A DNA stretch of 64,000 bases, taken from NCBI GenBank assembly GCA_963665235.2, contig CAXXLX010000001.1, forward strand, positions 896,001-960,000, in the 5' to 3' direction. Position numbers and translations under genes: made by a program. The first letter of the stretch is position 1. Every line of letters begins with the position of its first letter. Shown here one piece after another: positions 40,874 to 50,257 of this stretch. Below the pieces are notes generated by a model. The model did not search any database. It had not been told where the DNA came from and saw only the letters and a list, made by a program, of their open reading frames with translations. Source of the DNA: Candidatus Poribacteria bacterium (GTDB taxonomy: Bacteria; Poribacteria; WGA-4E; WGA-3G).

Positions 40874-41692
40874 TCAAAATTGTCCATTGCTAACACTATT
40901 GGAGCCTGAAGCCGTTTTCTTCTGCCGTGCAATAATTTTCTTCCAACGTGCCATCGCCCGATTTAAGCCCTCCACAACATCCTGCGACGAAACACGTAAA
41001 AATGTAGCAATATCCGCACAAGAAGACAGATCTAACAGATACTGTCCCATCATCGTCCGCTCATCGCCCGGGAGGCGGCTGAGCAAAGATGGCAATTGAC
41101 TTTCGATAGTCTTGACGAGTGTTCTCGTCCGGTTCATTCTATGCTTAACCGATTTTAACGTTGTGTCGGTTAACGCTGCTATCCTCTTTTGCGTCAGGTT
41201 CCCGATATAGTAGAGCTGCATCACCTGCTGGTCCTTGTGTGGAAGCAGACGAATTATGCGTTTTAGCTGGATAGCTTGCTGACGCTGTGCTTCAATTTGC
41301 TGCGCCTGCTTGTGAACTACAAGAGCTGCCGTATCTGCAAGAGGCACAGTATAGGGTTCTCCAGCCGCGTCAACTTCAGCGGGAGATTCGTCTATAGAAA
41401 CCAACGTTATGCGTTTAGCGTGTCGTGCAGCTTTACGCATCCTATCCTTAGCAGTATTCGCGGCGATGGTAAGCAACCAGCCTAAAATATTGTCAACCCG
41501 CCTCAGTTTTTTCATCTTACGGAACGCTTTGGAAAAGGTATCATTCACAACTTCCTCAGCATCTTCATGATTTTTCAAAAGCCTGAATGCGCAGCTGTAA
41601 ACGGCATCGTAATACGTTTGGAATATCAAGTTCAAGGCTGCCTCGTCATCAAGTTCATCCAGTCGCTGAATCCGTTCGGCATTCTTTTTCAT
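40874..41692 (-). CDS. ECF sigma-70 factor with an additional C-terminal sigma4-like repeat
   Basis: sigma2 DAEEVVNDTF...WLLTIAAN; sigma4 LP.KDQQVM.LYY...TQKRIA...VKHRMNR; second LP.DER.MM..Y...IA..L...V...LNRA. Confidence 0.85.
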   Translation of the reverse strand: MKKNAERIQRLDELDDEAALNLIFQTYYDAVYSCAFRLLKNHEDAEEVVNDTFSKAFRKMKKLRRVDNILGWLLTIAANTAKDRMRKAARHAKRITLVSIDESPAEVDAAGEPYTVPLADTAALVVHKQAQQIEAQRQQAIQLKRIIRLLPHKDQQVMQLYYIGNLTQKRIAALTDTTLKSVKHRMNRTRTLVKTIESQLPSLLSRLPGDERTMMGQYLLDLSSCADIATFLRVSSQDVVEGLNRAMARWKKIIARQKKTASGSNSVSNGQF

Positions 41693-41743
41693 ATCATAAA
41701 CCTCCTACTAAAGAGAAATAACATGAAATGTGCTTATATTCTT

Positions 41744-41892
41744 TAAGACGTTAATTTTGTGCCAAAGACCCCATAAAAAATGATTTTTTGGAAAAAAGGC
41801 GTTAATTGCAAGAAATCCAGAAGTCTGAAGCAGTTGTTATTGCTTTATGATACCAAAAAATGTAAGAATAAATCAACCTAAAAATGGCACCG
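41744..41892 (-). promoter_or_regulatory. Conserved upstream module with putative ECF promoter (copy 3, upstream of the sigma gene)
   Basis: GGGGTCTTTGGCACAAAATTAACGTCTTA. Confidence 0.7.
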
Positions 41893-41905
41893 CTCCGTTT
41901 AAGTA

Positions 41906-42160
41906 ATACCAAATTAACACAATTCGTCTCGTTCCACTCTTCCGCTCCAGCGGAGCGTCCGTGAAGACGATGAATCAAATGAAGTTGGTATTAGCCATCC
42001 GGGCGATATGTTTCATGCGCGAAATCCTCTTTTTTCCGCGTTCTCCGCGTTCTCCGCGCCTTCCGCGATTCAGACAATAAACATAAACATACCAAAAACC
42101 TTCCCGTTAGCATCCGACATCACGGTCCGTGAAGACGATGAATCAAATCAATTTGGTATA
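41906..42160. repeat. Two tiny ATACCAA...TTGGTAT inverted-repeat elements (41906-41991, ~42089-42159) flanking a reversed gtctgaatcgcgga repeat
   Basis: Both share gtccgtgaagacgatgaatcaaat; the first is TA-flanked. Confidence 0.6.
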
Positions 42161-42191
42161 ATACCGTATTTCCAAAAAAAACATTTTTTAT

Positions 42192-42220
42192 GGGGCCTTT
42201 GGCACAAAATTAACGTCTTA
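42192..42220 (+). promoter_or_regulatory. Putative ECF promoter (copy 4, divergent)
   Basis: GGGGCC-16 bp-CGTCTTA. Confidence 0.7.
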
Positions 42221-42286
42221 GGGGTATAAGGACATTTCATGAGCTTCGTATCAATAACGCATCGTAACAGATTTGGAGGTATCAAC

Positions 42287-43261
42287 ATGTTACGTGAATA
42301 TTTTACAAATAGGTGGGTTATAGGTGGATTTTTGTTCCTCATTGTTTTTGGTATTGCCTGCTACTTCTGGTACCAACACGAGCTGGCACCCTATAAACAA
42401 CCGGAAGTGGAATCCGCAGAACTGCTACGCCAATCGGAACGCGCCCAAAAGGCAGAGATAGGGAGTGAGACAGAGCAGGCAGCCGATATACCTATGGAAA
42501 GCGTAACGCCGTCCGCAAAGACAGGCCCTCTCAAATTGGCGGATATCACGATAGAGTGGCCAGAAGGCGCAGACTGGCCCGTCAATTGGAAGGAGTTAGT
42601 CGCGCTGCCACCGGAAGAGTATCATAAACTTCCTGCAGCAACAAGACAGGCAATAGTGAAAGCATACTACGCGGAACATGGACTTGAGAGACCACCAGCA
42701 GGGTTCCACTACAGACTAAATAGTAAGACAGGTGCGTGGGACCTCCATCCGAACAATAAACCCATCATAACAATTCATTGGAAAGGAAACTCATACGGAC
42801 AGCTACACCAACTCACGGATGAAGAATATGAGCGGTATAAGGCGTTGGAAAGAATTGCCACAAACCCTGAGTCTGTCGCATCACACCTCGAAAGAGGTGG
42901 CCGTCCAAGTCAGTACCTAGCCTATCCGCTTGCGGCATGCAATTTGGCACAGAAATGGTTCGACGTGCTCCACGAAAAAACGCGCGGTCCCGCGCCGAGT
43001 GCTACCTCGGGTGCCTTTTACGATAGGGAATATACAGAATCCGATAGGGAAAGGGACCACCGTTTAATACGCGAAGCTATAGACGCGGTGACCCCGCCTC
43101 CTCGGGATGGCAGCGTCGATGAGACGGTTCTGAATCAAATCCTTGATGAAATCGAGGCAGAACTTGGAATCACAATAGAACGGGAAACCCAAGCTGAAAA
43201 GTTTTCTCGTCGACATTTCGAGCAAATATTAAACTCACTCGAATCGTGGGAAGATAGGTAG
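42287..43261 (+). CDS. MLREY-family membrane-anchored protein, type B (copy 4)
   Basis: GGAGG RBS, ATG 42287; full-length similarity to copy 3. Confidence 0.8.
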   Translation: MLREYFTNRWVIGGFLFLIVFGIACYFWYQHELAPYKQPEVESAELLRQSERAQKAEIGSETEQAADIPMESVTPSAKTGPLKLADITIEWPEGADWPVNWKELVALPPEEYHKLPAATRQAIVKAYYAEHGLERPPAGFHYRLNSKTGAWDLHPNNKPIITIHWKGNSYGQLHQLTDEEYERYKALERIATNPESVASHLERGGRPSQYLAYPLAACNLAQKWFDVLHEKTRGPAPSATSGAFYDREYTESDRERDHRLIREAIDAVTPPPRDGSVDETVLNQILDEIEAELGITIERETQAEKFSRRHFEQILNSLESWEDR

Positions 43262-43314
43262 ATAAGTAACTCCCTTCTCCCCCCCCGAGCTCCGAAAGGA
43301 ATAGGAGAAAAAAG

Positions 43315-44140
43315 ATGAAAACACAGATATCAATCATTTTGTTAGTTGTACTTTTACTGTTACCGCAAGCAAGCACTGCGAACGGCGACAACACAACCCA
43401 AACGAATCAGGAATTGACAACGACAGCCAATATCCGTTTAAACTCTACAAATAGAACTGTCGGTGAGGTGAAGCGATGGAGAGATATTGGGTATCAATCT
43501 CTGATGAACCTAAACACCGGAGAGACCGAAAGATTCGAAGAATACCCAAAGGCCATATATCCATCGACGGTAAAGTGGTACGACAAGGAGGTAAAGGTTT
43601 ATGCAGTTATTGAAGCCACTTTTAAACCCGTACGGAGCGTAGCCTTCCGGGCGGATGCCCGTGTCGACGGTAGAGTCACATCGGACGATAGTCCTCAGAC
43701 GATTAACGAACCACTTACGGGAGTGGATCACGCTATGTCCGATATTCTTTGGATTCAGACATCTCTTGGGCCTCGATATAGCGCACGAGGCCATACCGCA
43801 ACAGCGGTAGCCACTGCCACCTCAAAAACATACACCTTGAAGAAACCGATGACCGTGTCTGTCTACGCAGATGGACAGGGAGATGCAGTTCCGGGTACGG
43901 GTGGCGGTTTCTCGTTTAGCATCCCTATCTACAAGGATCGCGACCTCAGTCTGGGAATTCTGCATCTGCAACTTGTATAATTACGCCTGTGGGAATGCAG
44001 GAAATCCTGCTTGTTTTTGCGGTTCAGGTCCACCAAAATATACGTTCGCCGAAAGGTGGGTTTGTTACAACAGTCCTTGTGGACCCCGGGCTGTCGCAAA
44101 TCATCACGCGTTGCTTCGATGGTATTACCCTATTATGTGA
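43315..44140 (+). pseudogene. Secreted partner of MLREY copy 4, frameshifted near 43940
   Basis: Signal peptide; homologous to 37607-38557; Cys-rich tail (WVCYNSPCG...WYY) lies in another frame ending at 44140. Confidence 0.68.
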
Positions 44141-44162
44141 AAAGGAACACTGTCTTTTCAAA

Positions 44163-44200
44163 AAGCAGGTATCCTTACGGGGTACCTGCTTATTTTTTTA
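44163..44200 (+). terminator. Rho-independent terminator
   Basis: aagcaggtatcc-ttac-ggggtacctgctt followed by a T tract. Confidence 0.7.
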
Positions 44201-44350
44201 TTACAGAGACGCGTCCGCTACATATTCGTTTTTGGCTCATGTTATAGGTGTGTGCGATTGTTTTTATAAACGCAATGGCCACAGGAGTTGAATTTTTGAG
44301 CCCCATCCTTCCAATCTTAAAATCTTCCATTCCTCACAACAATTAAATTC

Positions 44351-44379
44351 TTGACTTAAAATCTGCTTTTTGATATGAT
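44351..44379 (+). promoter_or_regulatory. sigma70-type promoter
   Basis: TTGACT-17 bp-TATGAT. Confidence 0.5.
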
Positions 44380-44493
44380 AACTAAAGTTTTTTGTTATAC
44401 GGTCAAAAAAACAACGGTCTCTGACGTTTTACATCACACTGGTAAACATTAGAAAAATTTCTGAAACCTTGAGAATAAAGGGGGAAATGAGAG

Positions 44494-45303
44494 ATGCAAC
44501 GTACCTCTCCAAAGTTTTTCACTGGCATAGGGTGTCTCTTCGGTGTCCTAACAATCTTAGTCATGCTTGGTGGGACATCGCCAACAGATGCGGCAGTCGA
44601 TAAAAACACCGTTGCGGTTTGGCTTTTTGAGGAAGGGGATGGAAAGACAGTAAAAGACGCTTCCGGGAATGGACACAGCGGCGAATTTTCTGGTAACCTC
44701 AAATGGGTACGGGCGAAATTTGGAACGGGGTTAGAATTCCCCGGGGATGGCAGCGGCTACATCGTTGTGGACTCCACTAAAAAATTGGAGCTGGACACCC
44801 TGAGCATCGAGGCGTGGGTCAAAGTCAAAGAGTCTACAGGCAAATGGCAAGGGATTGTCTGCAAACAGCAGGCGGGATGTACCAACCGAAACTACGGCAT
44901 TTGGGTGCAAGTCGATAAGCGGGTGCTGCATGCCGAAATGGGTGCAAATGGCGGCTGTGCATTTAACATAGATGGCACTACGGAAATTACCGACAACAAA
45001 TGGCATCATCTCGCCTTTACCTTTGATGGAAAAATGGGGCGAGTTTACGTTGATGGCGAGTTGGAAACGGAAAAACCTAACACCAATTCGTTTCAGAGCA
45101 ACGACCCAATTACTATCGGTGTCCCGAATATTGACAATCAGAACGGTTTGTCGGGGGTTATTGAAGAGATACGTATCTCCAACGTTGCACGCACCCAAGC
45201 GGAAATTAAGAGTGCTATGAATGTCGGTTTAGCCACAATTCTGAGCGTTGACCCCGCTAGCAAACTTGCAACCCGCTGGGGATACCTCAAACGCGGCATA
45301 TAA
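44494..45303 (+). CDS. Secreted LamG/concanavalin-like domain protein
   Basis: W.FEEG.G..VKDASGNG, SIEAWVK, WHHLAFTFDG, YVDG, IEEIRISN; C-terminal KLATRWGYLK. Confidence 0.88.
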   Translation: MQRTSPKFFTGIGCLFGVLTILVMLGGTSPTDAAVDKNTVAVWLFEEGDGKTVKDASGNGHSGEFSGNLKWVRAKFGTGLEFPGDGSGYIVVDSTKKLELDTLSIEAWVKVKESTGKWQGIVCKQQAGCTNRNYGIWVQVDKRVLHAEMGANGGCAFNIDGTTEITDNKWHHLAFTFDGKMGRVYVDGELETEKPNTNSFQSNDPITIGVPNIDNQNGLSGVIEEIRISNVARTQAEIKSAMNVGLATILSVDPASKLATRWGYLKRGI

Positions 45304-45318
45304 AAAGGGAGGGTAGAT

Positions 45319-46566
45319 GTGAAAAGAATCGCTTATACATTTTTACTGTTTTTCTGTATTATCACGTTGGCGTGCGCGCCAACTACAAAGAGCACATCGG
45401 AGGTCGGGCTGCCGACATCGGCACCCGAAAAGGTCGACGTTTCAGCCGAACGTCTTCAGGAGATTGCTCCTGCCCTGCAAGACTATGTCGACAAGGGGCA
45501 ACTGCCAGGATTCCTGACAGTCATCGCGAGACGGGGGAAGGTTGTTCATTTTGAGACGCTCGGCATGCGCGATGTAGAAAATAAAAAACCGGTGGAAGCG
45601 GATACAATATTCCGTATCTACTCCATGACAAAACCGATTACCAGCGTCGCCGCTATGATACTCTATGACGAGGGACATTTTCAATTAGATGACCCTGTTG
45701 AGAAATTCATCCCCGCCTTCAAAAATATGGAGGTCTTTAACAGAGAACAGAGTGAAACACATCCGGCTGAGAACAAGATGACCGTAAAGCATCTTCTCAC
45801 ACATACCGCCGGATTGACTTACGGGTGGGGCAACAAACCGATTGATGACCTTTACCGGCGATTTAAGCTGTTTAGTGCCAAATCAACGTTAGCTGAGATG
45901 GCAGAAAAATTAGCCGAGATTCCACTGCTGCACGAACCCGGTGAACGGTGGAACTACGGTGTCGCTACGGATTTGCTCGGCTACTTCATAGAGGCAGTTT
46001 CGGGAATGCCGTTCGAGACATTCTTACAAACACGGCTTTTCAAACCGCTCGGCATGGTAGATACAGGGTTTTCGGTGCCGCAGGAAAAGGTGGCACGGTT
46101 TGCCGCCCTATATAGACCCAATAAAGAGGGAGGTCTTCGACGGGTAGGCAATGCCCCGCTTGCAAACGATGCGCTCAGTTTTTTCCCCTCCGGCGGGGGT
46201 GGACTTGTCTCAACCGCAGCCGATTATCTCCGTTTCTGTCAGATGCTGCTCAATGGCGGCGAGTTAGATGGTACCCGCATCTTATCGCGTGAAACCGTCG
46301 AACTGATGCGCCATCCACATCACCAATACGGTAAAAATGGAGCGTTTGGACTCGGATTCCATGTCGTGACGGGTGAAGGTGGTGAAAAAGCGCAGCGCTC
46401 AGCTGGCGCGTACAGCTGGGGCGGGGCTGCAAGCACAACCTTCTGGGTTGACCCGCAAGAGGAGCTCATCGGCATACTCATGACGCAGCTGCTCAATAAC
46501 CGATACGGTTTCCAAGGAGATTTTAGGAAATTAACCTATCAGGCATTAGTAGACACGGCGGAGTAG
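45319..46566 (+). CDS. Serine hydrolase, beta-lactamase class C-like (peptidase S12), lipoprotein
   Basis: TLAC lipobox; YSMTK, LLTHTAG, W.Y, WGGA..T.FWVDP. Confidence 0.88.
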   Translation: MKRIAYTFLLFFCIITLACAPTTKSTSEVGLPTSAPEKVDVSAERLQEIAPALQDYVDKGQLPGFLTVIARRGKVVHFETLGMRDVENKKPVEADTIFRIYSMTKPITSVAAMILYDEGHFQLDDPVEKFIPAFKNMEVFNREQSETHPAENKMTVKHLLTHTAGLTYGWGNKPIDDLYRRFKLFSAKSTLAEMAEKLAEIPLLHEPGERWNYGVATDLLGYFIEAVSGMPFETFLQTRLFKPLGMVDTGFSVPQEKVARFAALYRPNKEGGLRRVGNAPLANDALSFFPSGGGGLVSTAADYLRFCQMLLNGGELDGTRILSRETVELMRHPHHQYGKNGAFGLGFHVVTGEGGEKAQRSAGAYSWGGAASTTFWVDPQEELIGILMTQLLNNRYGFQGDFRKLTYQALVDTAE

Positions 46567-46603
46567 GTAATCAGCAATCAGGTCAAGCAGACTGCCCCTT
46601 AAT

Positions 46604-47233
46604 ATCGCGTGCACAGCACGCTCCTACAGAAGAGAACGGTTGAAAAACATCGCGTGCACAGCACGCTCCTACAGAAGAGAACGGTTGAAAAACATCGCGT
46701 GCACAGCACGCTCCTACAGAAGAGAACGGTTGAAAAACATCGCGTGCACAGCACGCTCCTACAGAAGAGAACGGTTGAAAAACATCGCGTGCACAGCACG
46801 CTCCTACAGAAGAGAACGGTTGAAAAACATCGCGTGCACAGCACGCTCCTACAGAAGAGAACGGTTGAAAAACATCGCGTGCACAGCACGCTCCTACAGA
46901 AGAGAACGGTTGAAAAACATCGCGTGCACAGCACGCTCCTACAGAAGAGAACGGTTGAAAAACATCGCGTGCACAGCACGCTCCTACAGAAGAGAACGGT
47001 TGAAAAACATCGCGTGCACAGCACGCTCCTACAGAAGAGAACGGTTGAAAAACATCGCGTGCACAGCACGCTCCTACAGAAGAGAACGGTTGAAAAACAT
47101 CGCGTGCACAGCACGCTCCTACAGAAGAGAACGGTTGAAAAACATCGCGTGCACAGCACGCTCCTACAGAAGAGAACGGTTGAAAAACATCGCGTGCACA
47201 GCACGCTCCTACAGAAGAGAACGGTTGAAAAAC
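46604..47233. repeat. 14 identical 45-bp tandem units, each with a GTAG-REP palindrome
   Basis: atcgcgtgcacagcacgctcctacagaagagaacggttgaaaaac x14. Confidence 0.93.
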
Positions 47234-47301
47234 CAGCGAAAAAATGATACCACACCCCGTTTCGCCGGTAGCCGACAGCTACCGAAAGGAGATAAAAACT
47301 T

Positions 47302-48474
47302 ATGGACTACGGAATTCCACGCGCTGTTCCCGAAGAGGTCGGAATGTCAACATCGCGGCTAGGACGAATTGCCCCGGTAATGCAAAAGTGGGTGGATGCA
47401 AACAAAATCCCCGGCGCATTGACAATGATAGCGCGTGAAGGCAAGCTCATCCATTTTGAAAAATTCGGCATGCAGGATGTCGCAACTGCTAAACCGATAG
47501 AATTTGATACCATCTTCCGCATCTACTCCATGACTAAACCGATTACCAGCATCGCCGTGATGATGCTTTATGAGGAGGGACATTTTCAACTCAATTCACC
47601 GGTATCCGAATTTATCCCCGCTTTCAGAGATATGAAGGTTTACGCGAATCATGGGGATGCAATTGTTGATGCGGAACGAGAGATGACGATAAAACATCTG
47701 CTCACGCATACCTCCGGGCTTATCTATGGCGGCGATTGGCCGCATCCGATTAATAAACGGTATAAAGAAGCGAATTTCTACAGTGGCGATCTCGGAAATA
47801 TGTCACGGGCACTTGGAGATATCCCGCTTTTGCATCAGCCCGGCGGATGGTGGAGCTACGGCATGTCTACCGATGTACTCGGCTATCTGGTAGAAGTGGT
47901 GTCAGGCATACCGTTCGCTGAATTTTTGGAAACGCGCATTTTTGAACCGCTCCGCATGAGCGATACCGCCTTTTCCGTTCCAGAAGAAAAGGCGGACCGA
48001 TACGCAACATTATATGAACCCGCGGAAGATGGCGGTATTCAGGTGCTTGAGAACGCGCCTGTTTCAAGTGGACCGCTCAGCTTTTTTCACTCTGGGGGTG
48101 CGGGGTTACAGTCAACCGCTGCCGATTATCTGCGCTTCTGCCAAATGATGCTCAACGAGGGAGAACTAGATGGTGTCCGTTTGCTCGGTAGAAAAACGGT
48201 AGAACTTATCACAATGAATCATATCTCTGACGACTGGCAACCCCTTGAAAGAACAGGAAACGGTTTCGGGCTCGGATTTGCGGTCGTTACCGATGTCGCC
48301 AACACACACGGCCCCAGTTCCAAAGGCACGTACAGCTGGGGTGGGCTTGCAAGCACAACATTCTGGATCGATCCGGTGGAAGAGTTAATTGCGATTTTGA
48401 TGACACAACTCATCGGCGATTCCCCATTCCACGCCCAATTCCGAGTGCTAACTTATCAAGCAATTAGCGATTAG
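47302..48474 (+). CDS. Serine hydrolase, beta-lactamase class C-like (cytoplasmic paralog)
   Basis: YSMTK, LLTHTSG, WGGLASTTFWIDP. Confidence 0.88.
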   Translation: MDYGIPRAVPEEVGMSTSRLGRIAPVMQKWVDANKIPGALTMIAREGKLIHFEKFGMQDVATAKPIEFDTIFRIYSMTKPITSIAVMMLYEEGHFQLNSPVSEFIPAFRDMKVYANHGDAIVDAEREMTIKHLLTHTSGLIYGGDWPHPINKRYKEANFYSGDLGNMSRALGDIPLLHQPGGWWSYGMSTDVLGYLVEVVSGIPFAEFLETRIFEPLRMSDTAFSVPEEKADRYATLYEPAEDGGIQVLENAPVSSGPLSFFHSGGAGLQSTAADYLRFCQMMLNEGELDGVRLLGRKTVELITMNHISDDWQPLERTGNGFGLGFAVVTDVANTHGPSSKGTYSWGGLASTTFWIDPVEELIAILMTQLIGDSPFHAQFRVLTYQAISD

Positions 48475-48497
48475 CTCATTGGCGAAAGGAGACATAC

Positions 48498-49115
48498 ATG
48501 AAAATCGCAGTGGTAACAGGTGAACACGGATTTCGTGAAAAAGATTTTGACGGTGTTTTTCAGAGCATGCAAGGCATTGCGTTCGTGCGGGAAGACCTAG
48601 ATGTCTTTGTGGACGACCCAAATCAGACAGAATACGAAACCGTTGTCTTTTACAACTTCCACCGGCCCTATCCGACGGAGGCGCAGGCAGAAGCCATTCT
48701 AGGGCTCACCGAACGCGGCCAAGGTATTGTAATTCTGCATCACGCTCTACTTGCATTTCCAGAGTGGGCGGAATATTCTGATATGTGCGGGATTGACGAC
48801 CGGGAGGATTTTGGCTACTACCCACGGCAAACGTTACAGGTGCAAATCGCTGATGCAACCCACCCGATTACTGAAACACTTGCCGATTGGGAGATGGGGG
48901 ACGAAACCTATACGATGAAATCCGCAGGGGAGGATAGCACTATCCTGTTGACCGTCGAGCATTCGAATAGTATGGACGTAATCGGGTGGGCACGTGAATA
49001 CGGAAATTCCCGTATCTTCTGCCTCCAGAGTGGACATGACAACGTTACCTATTCCAATCCGAACTTCCGGACGGTCCTGCAGCGCGGGATTGAGTGGTGC
49101 GCGAAAACGAAATGA
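48498..49115 (+). CDS. ThuA-like (class I glutamine amidotransferase fold) protein
   Basis: G.GIVILHHA, HPIT, DETY, W.REYG..RIF....GHD. Confidence 0.8.
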   Translation: MKIAVVTGEHGFREKDFDGVFQSMQGIAFVREDLDVFVDDPNQTEYETVVFYNFHRPYPTEAQAEAILGLTERGQGIVILHHALLAFPEWAEYSDMCGIDDREDFGYYPRQTLQVQIADATHPITETLADWEMGDETYTMKSAGEDSTILLTVEHSNSMDVIGWAREYGNSRIFCLQSGHDNVTYSNPNFRTVLQRGIEWCAKTK

Positions 49116-49167
49116 GATACCAAGCACGATATTCTCTGAATACCGTTAGAAAAGGAATTGACGCATT

Positions 49168-50232
49168 ATGGCAACACAAACCGAAGCCCAAACGAGGAAC
49201 AGCTCTCAACAGACACCCCTTACCAAACCGCAAGGAAATCTCAATTATTCGGTAGATGAGAAAACAGTTGACGGTTTTCAGGTTTACTGTCTAACGCAAG
49301 CTGAAAAAGCCATCGCTGAAATTGTGCCAGCATTAGGAAATAACTGCTACGGGTTCAGAGTCGCCGATGGGGATAACTGGCTCAACTTGATAGATGCACC
49401 GCCAGATTTAGCGACGTTGGAACAACGCCCAACCGCTTTCGGCAACCCCATCCTTTTTCCTTTTCCGAACCGAATTCGAAACGGGAAATGGCAATTTGAG
49501 GGAAAAACCTATCAATTCGACAAAGCCCCAGAATCCCCAACGACAATACACGGACTCCTGTTGAACCGTCCTTATAAAGTTGACAAACTGGCTGCGGATG
49601 AGAACGGTGCAACGTTAATCTGCTCACTCAATTCTCAAGATTTTCCGGATGTCAGCCGCCAATATCCCTTTCCCTTTAGTATTATAATTACCTATACGCT
49701 TACAGAGGCGGTGCTAACGATGACGGTTTCCATCAAAAACCTGGGTGAGGAAAAGATGCCGATGGGGTTCGGTATACACCCGTATTTCAGCACCAACCTC
49801 ATCGGAACAGCAGATGCGTCAAAGGCGGTCATTACCGTCCCCGCAGCCAAGTATTGGGAATTGGACGATGTACTTGTGCCGACCGGAGTCCAGCGCGATG
49901 TTACAGGAGTGCTTGACCTACGCAACGGGCAACCGTTCGCACATTTGAAGCTCGACCATGTTTTCACAGACGTTCAATTCGTTGATGAGGTAAGCCAGTG
50001 CTGCATTGAAAATCGGGATACGGGACACGGAATGGTGATGGAATCAGATGCACAATTTCGGGAGTTGGTTGTCTATACCCCCCCAGGCAGAGAGGCTATC
50101 TGTTTTGAACCTTACACCTGCCCGACAGATGCGATTAATTTAGAGGCGAAAGGCATTCCTGCAGGCATAATTGTGCTGTCGCCGCAGGAGACATTTGACG
50201 CATGGTGTCTCTTCTCGCCTATCGCTCATTGA
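49168..50232 (+). CDS. Aldose 1-epimerase family protein
   Basis: PILFPFPNRI..G, IHG, YPFPF, G.HPYF, LD, AICFEPYT. Confidence 0.88.
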   Translation: MATQTEAQTRNSSQQTPLTKPQGNLNYSVDEKTVDGFQVYCLTQAEKAIAEIVPALGNNCYGFRVADGDNWLNLIDAPPDLATLEQRPTAFGNPILFPFPNRIRNGKWQFEGKTYQFDKAPESPTTIHGLLLNRPYKVDKLAADENGATLICSLNSQDFPDVSRQYPFPFSIIITYTLTEAVLTMTVSIKNLGEEKMPMGFGIHPYFSTNLIGTADASKAVITVPAAKYWELDDVLVPTGVQRDVTGVLDLRNGQPFAHLKLDHVFTDVQFVDEVSQCCIENRDTGHGMVMESDAQFRELVVYTPPGREAICFEPYTCPTDAINLEAKGIPAGIIVLSPQETFDAWCLFSPIAH

Positions 50233-50257
50233 CGATAGGCAGGACTGCGGAGGCATC

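Noticed and set aside
34397-44200. Integron, DGR or shufflon as the mechanism for the cassettes
   Set aside because: No integrase, recombinase or reverse transcriptase is in the window, and I see no attC-like GTTRRRY/RYYYAAC pairs or TR/VR pair with A-specific differences.
46599-47362. ORFs of 212-240 aa across the 45-bp array
   Set aside because: They are open only because the stop-free period is a multiple of 3; there is no RBS or domain support.
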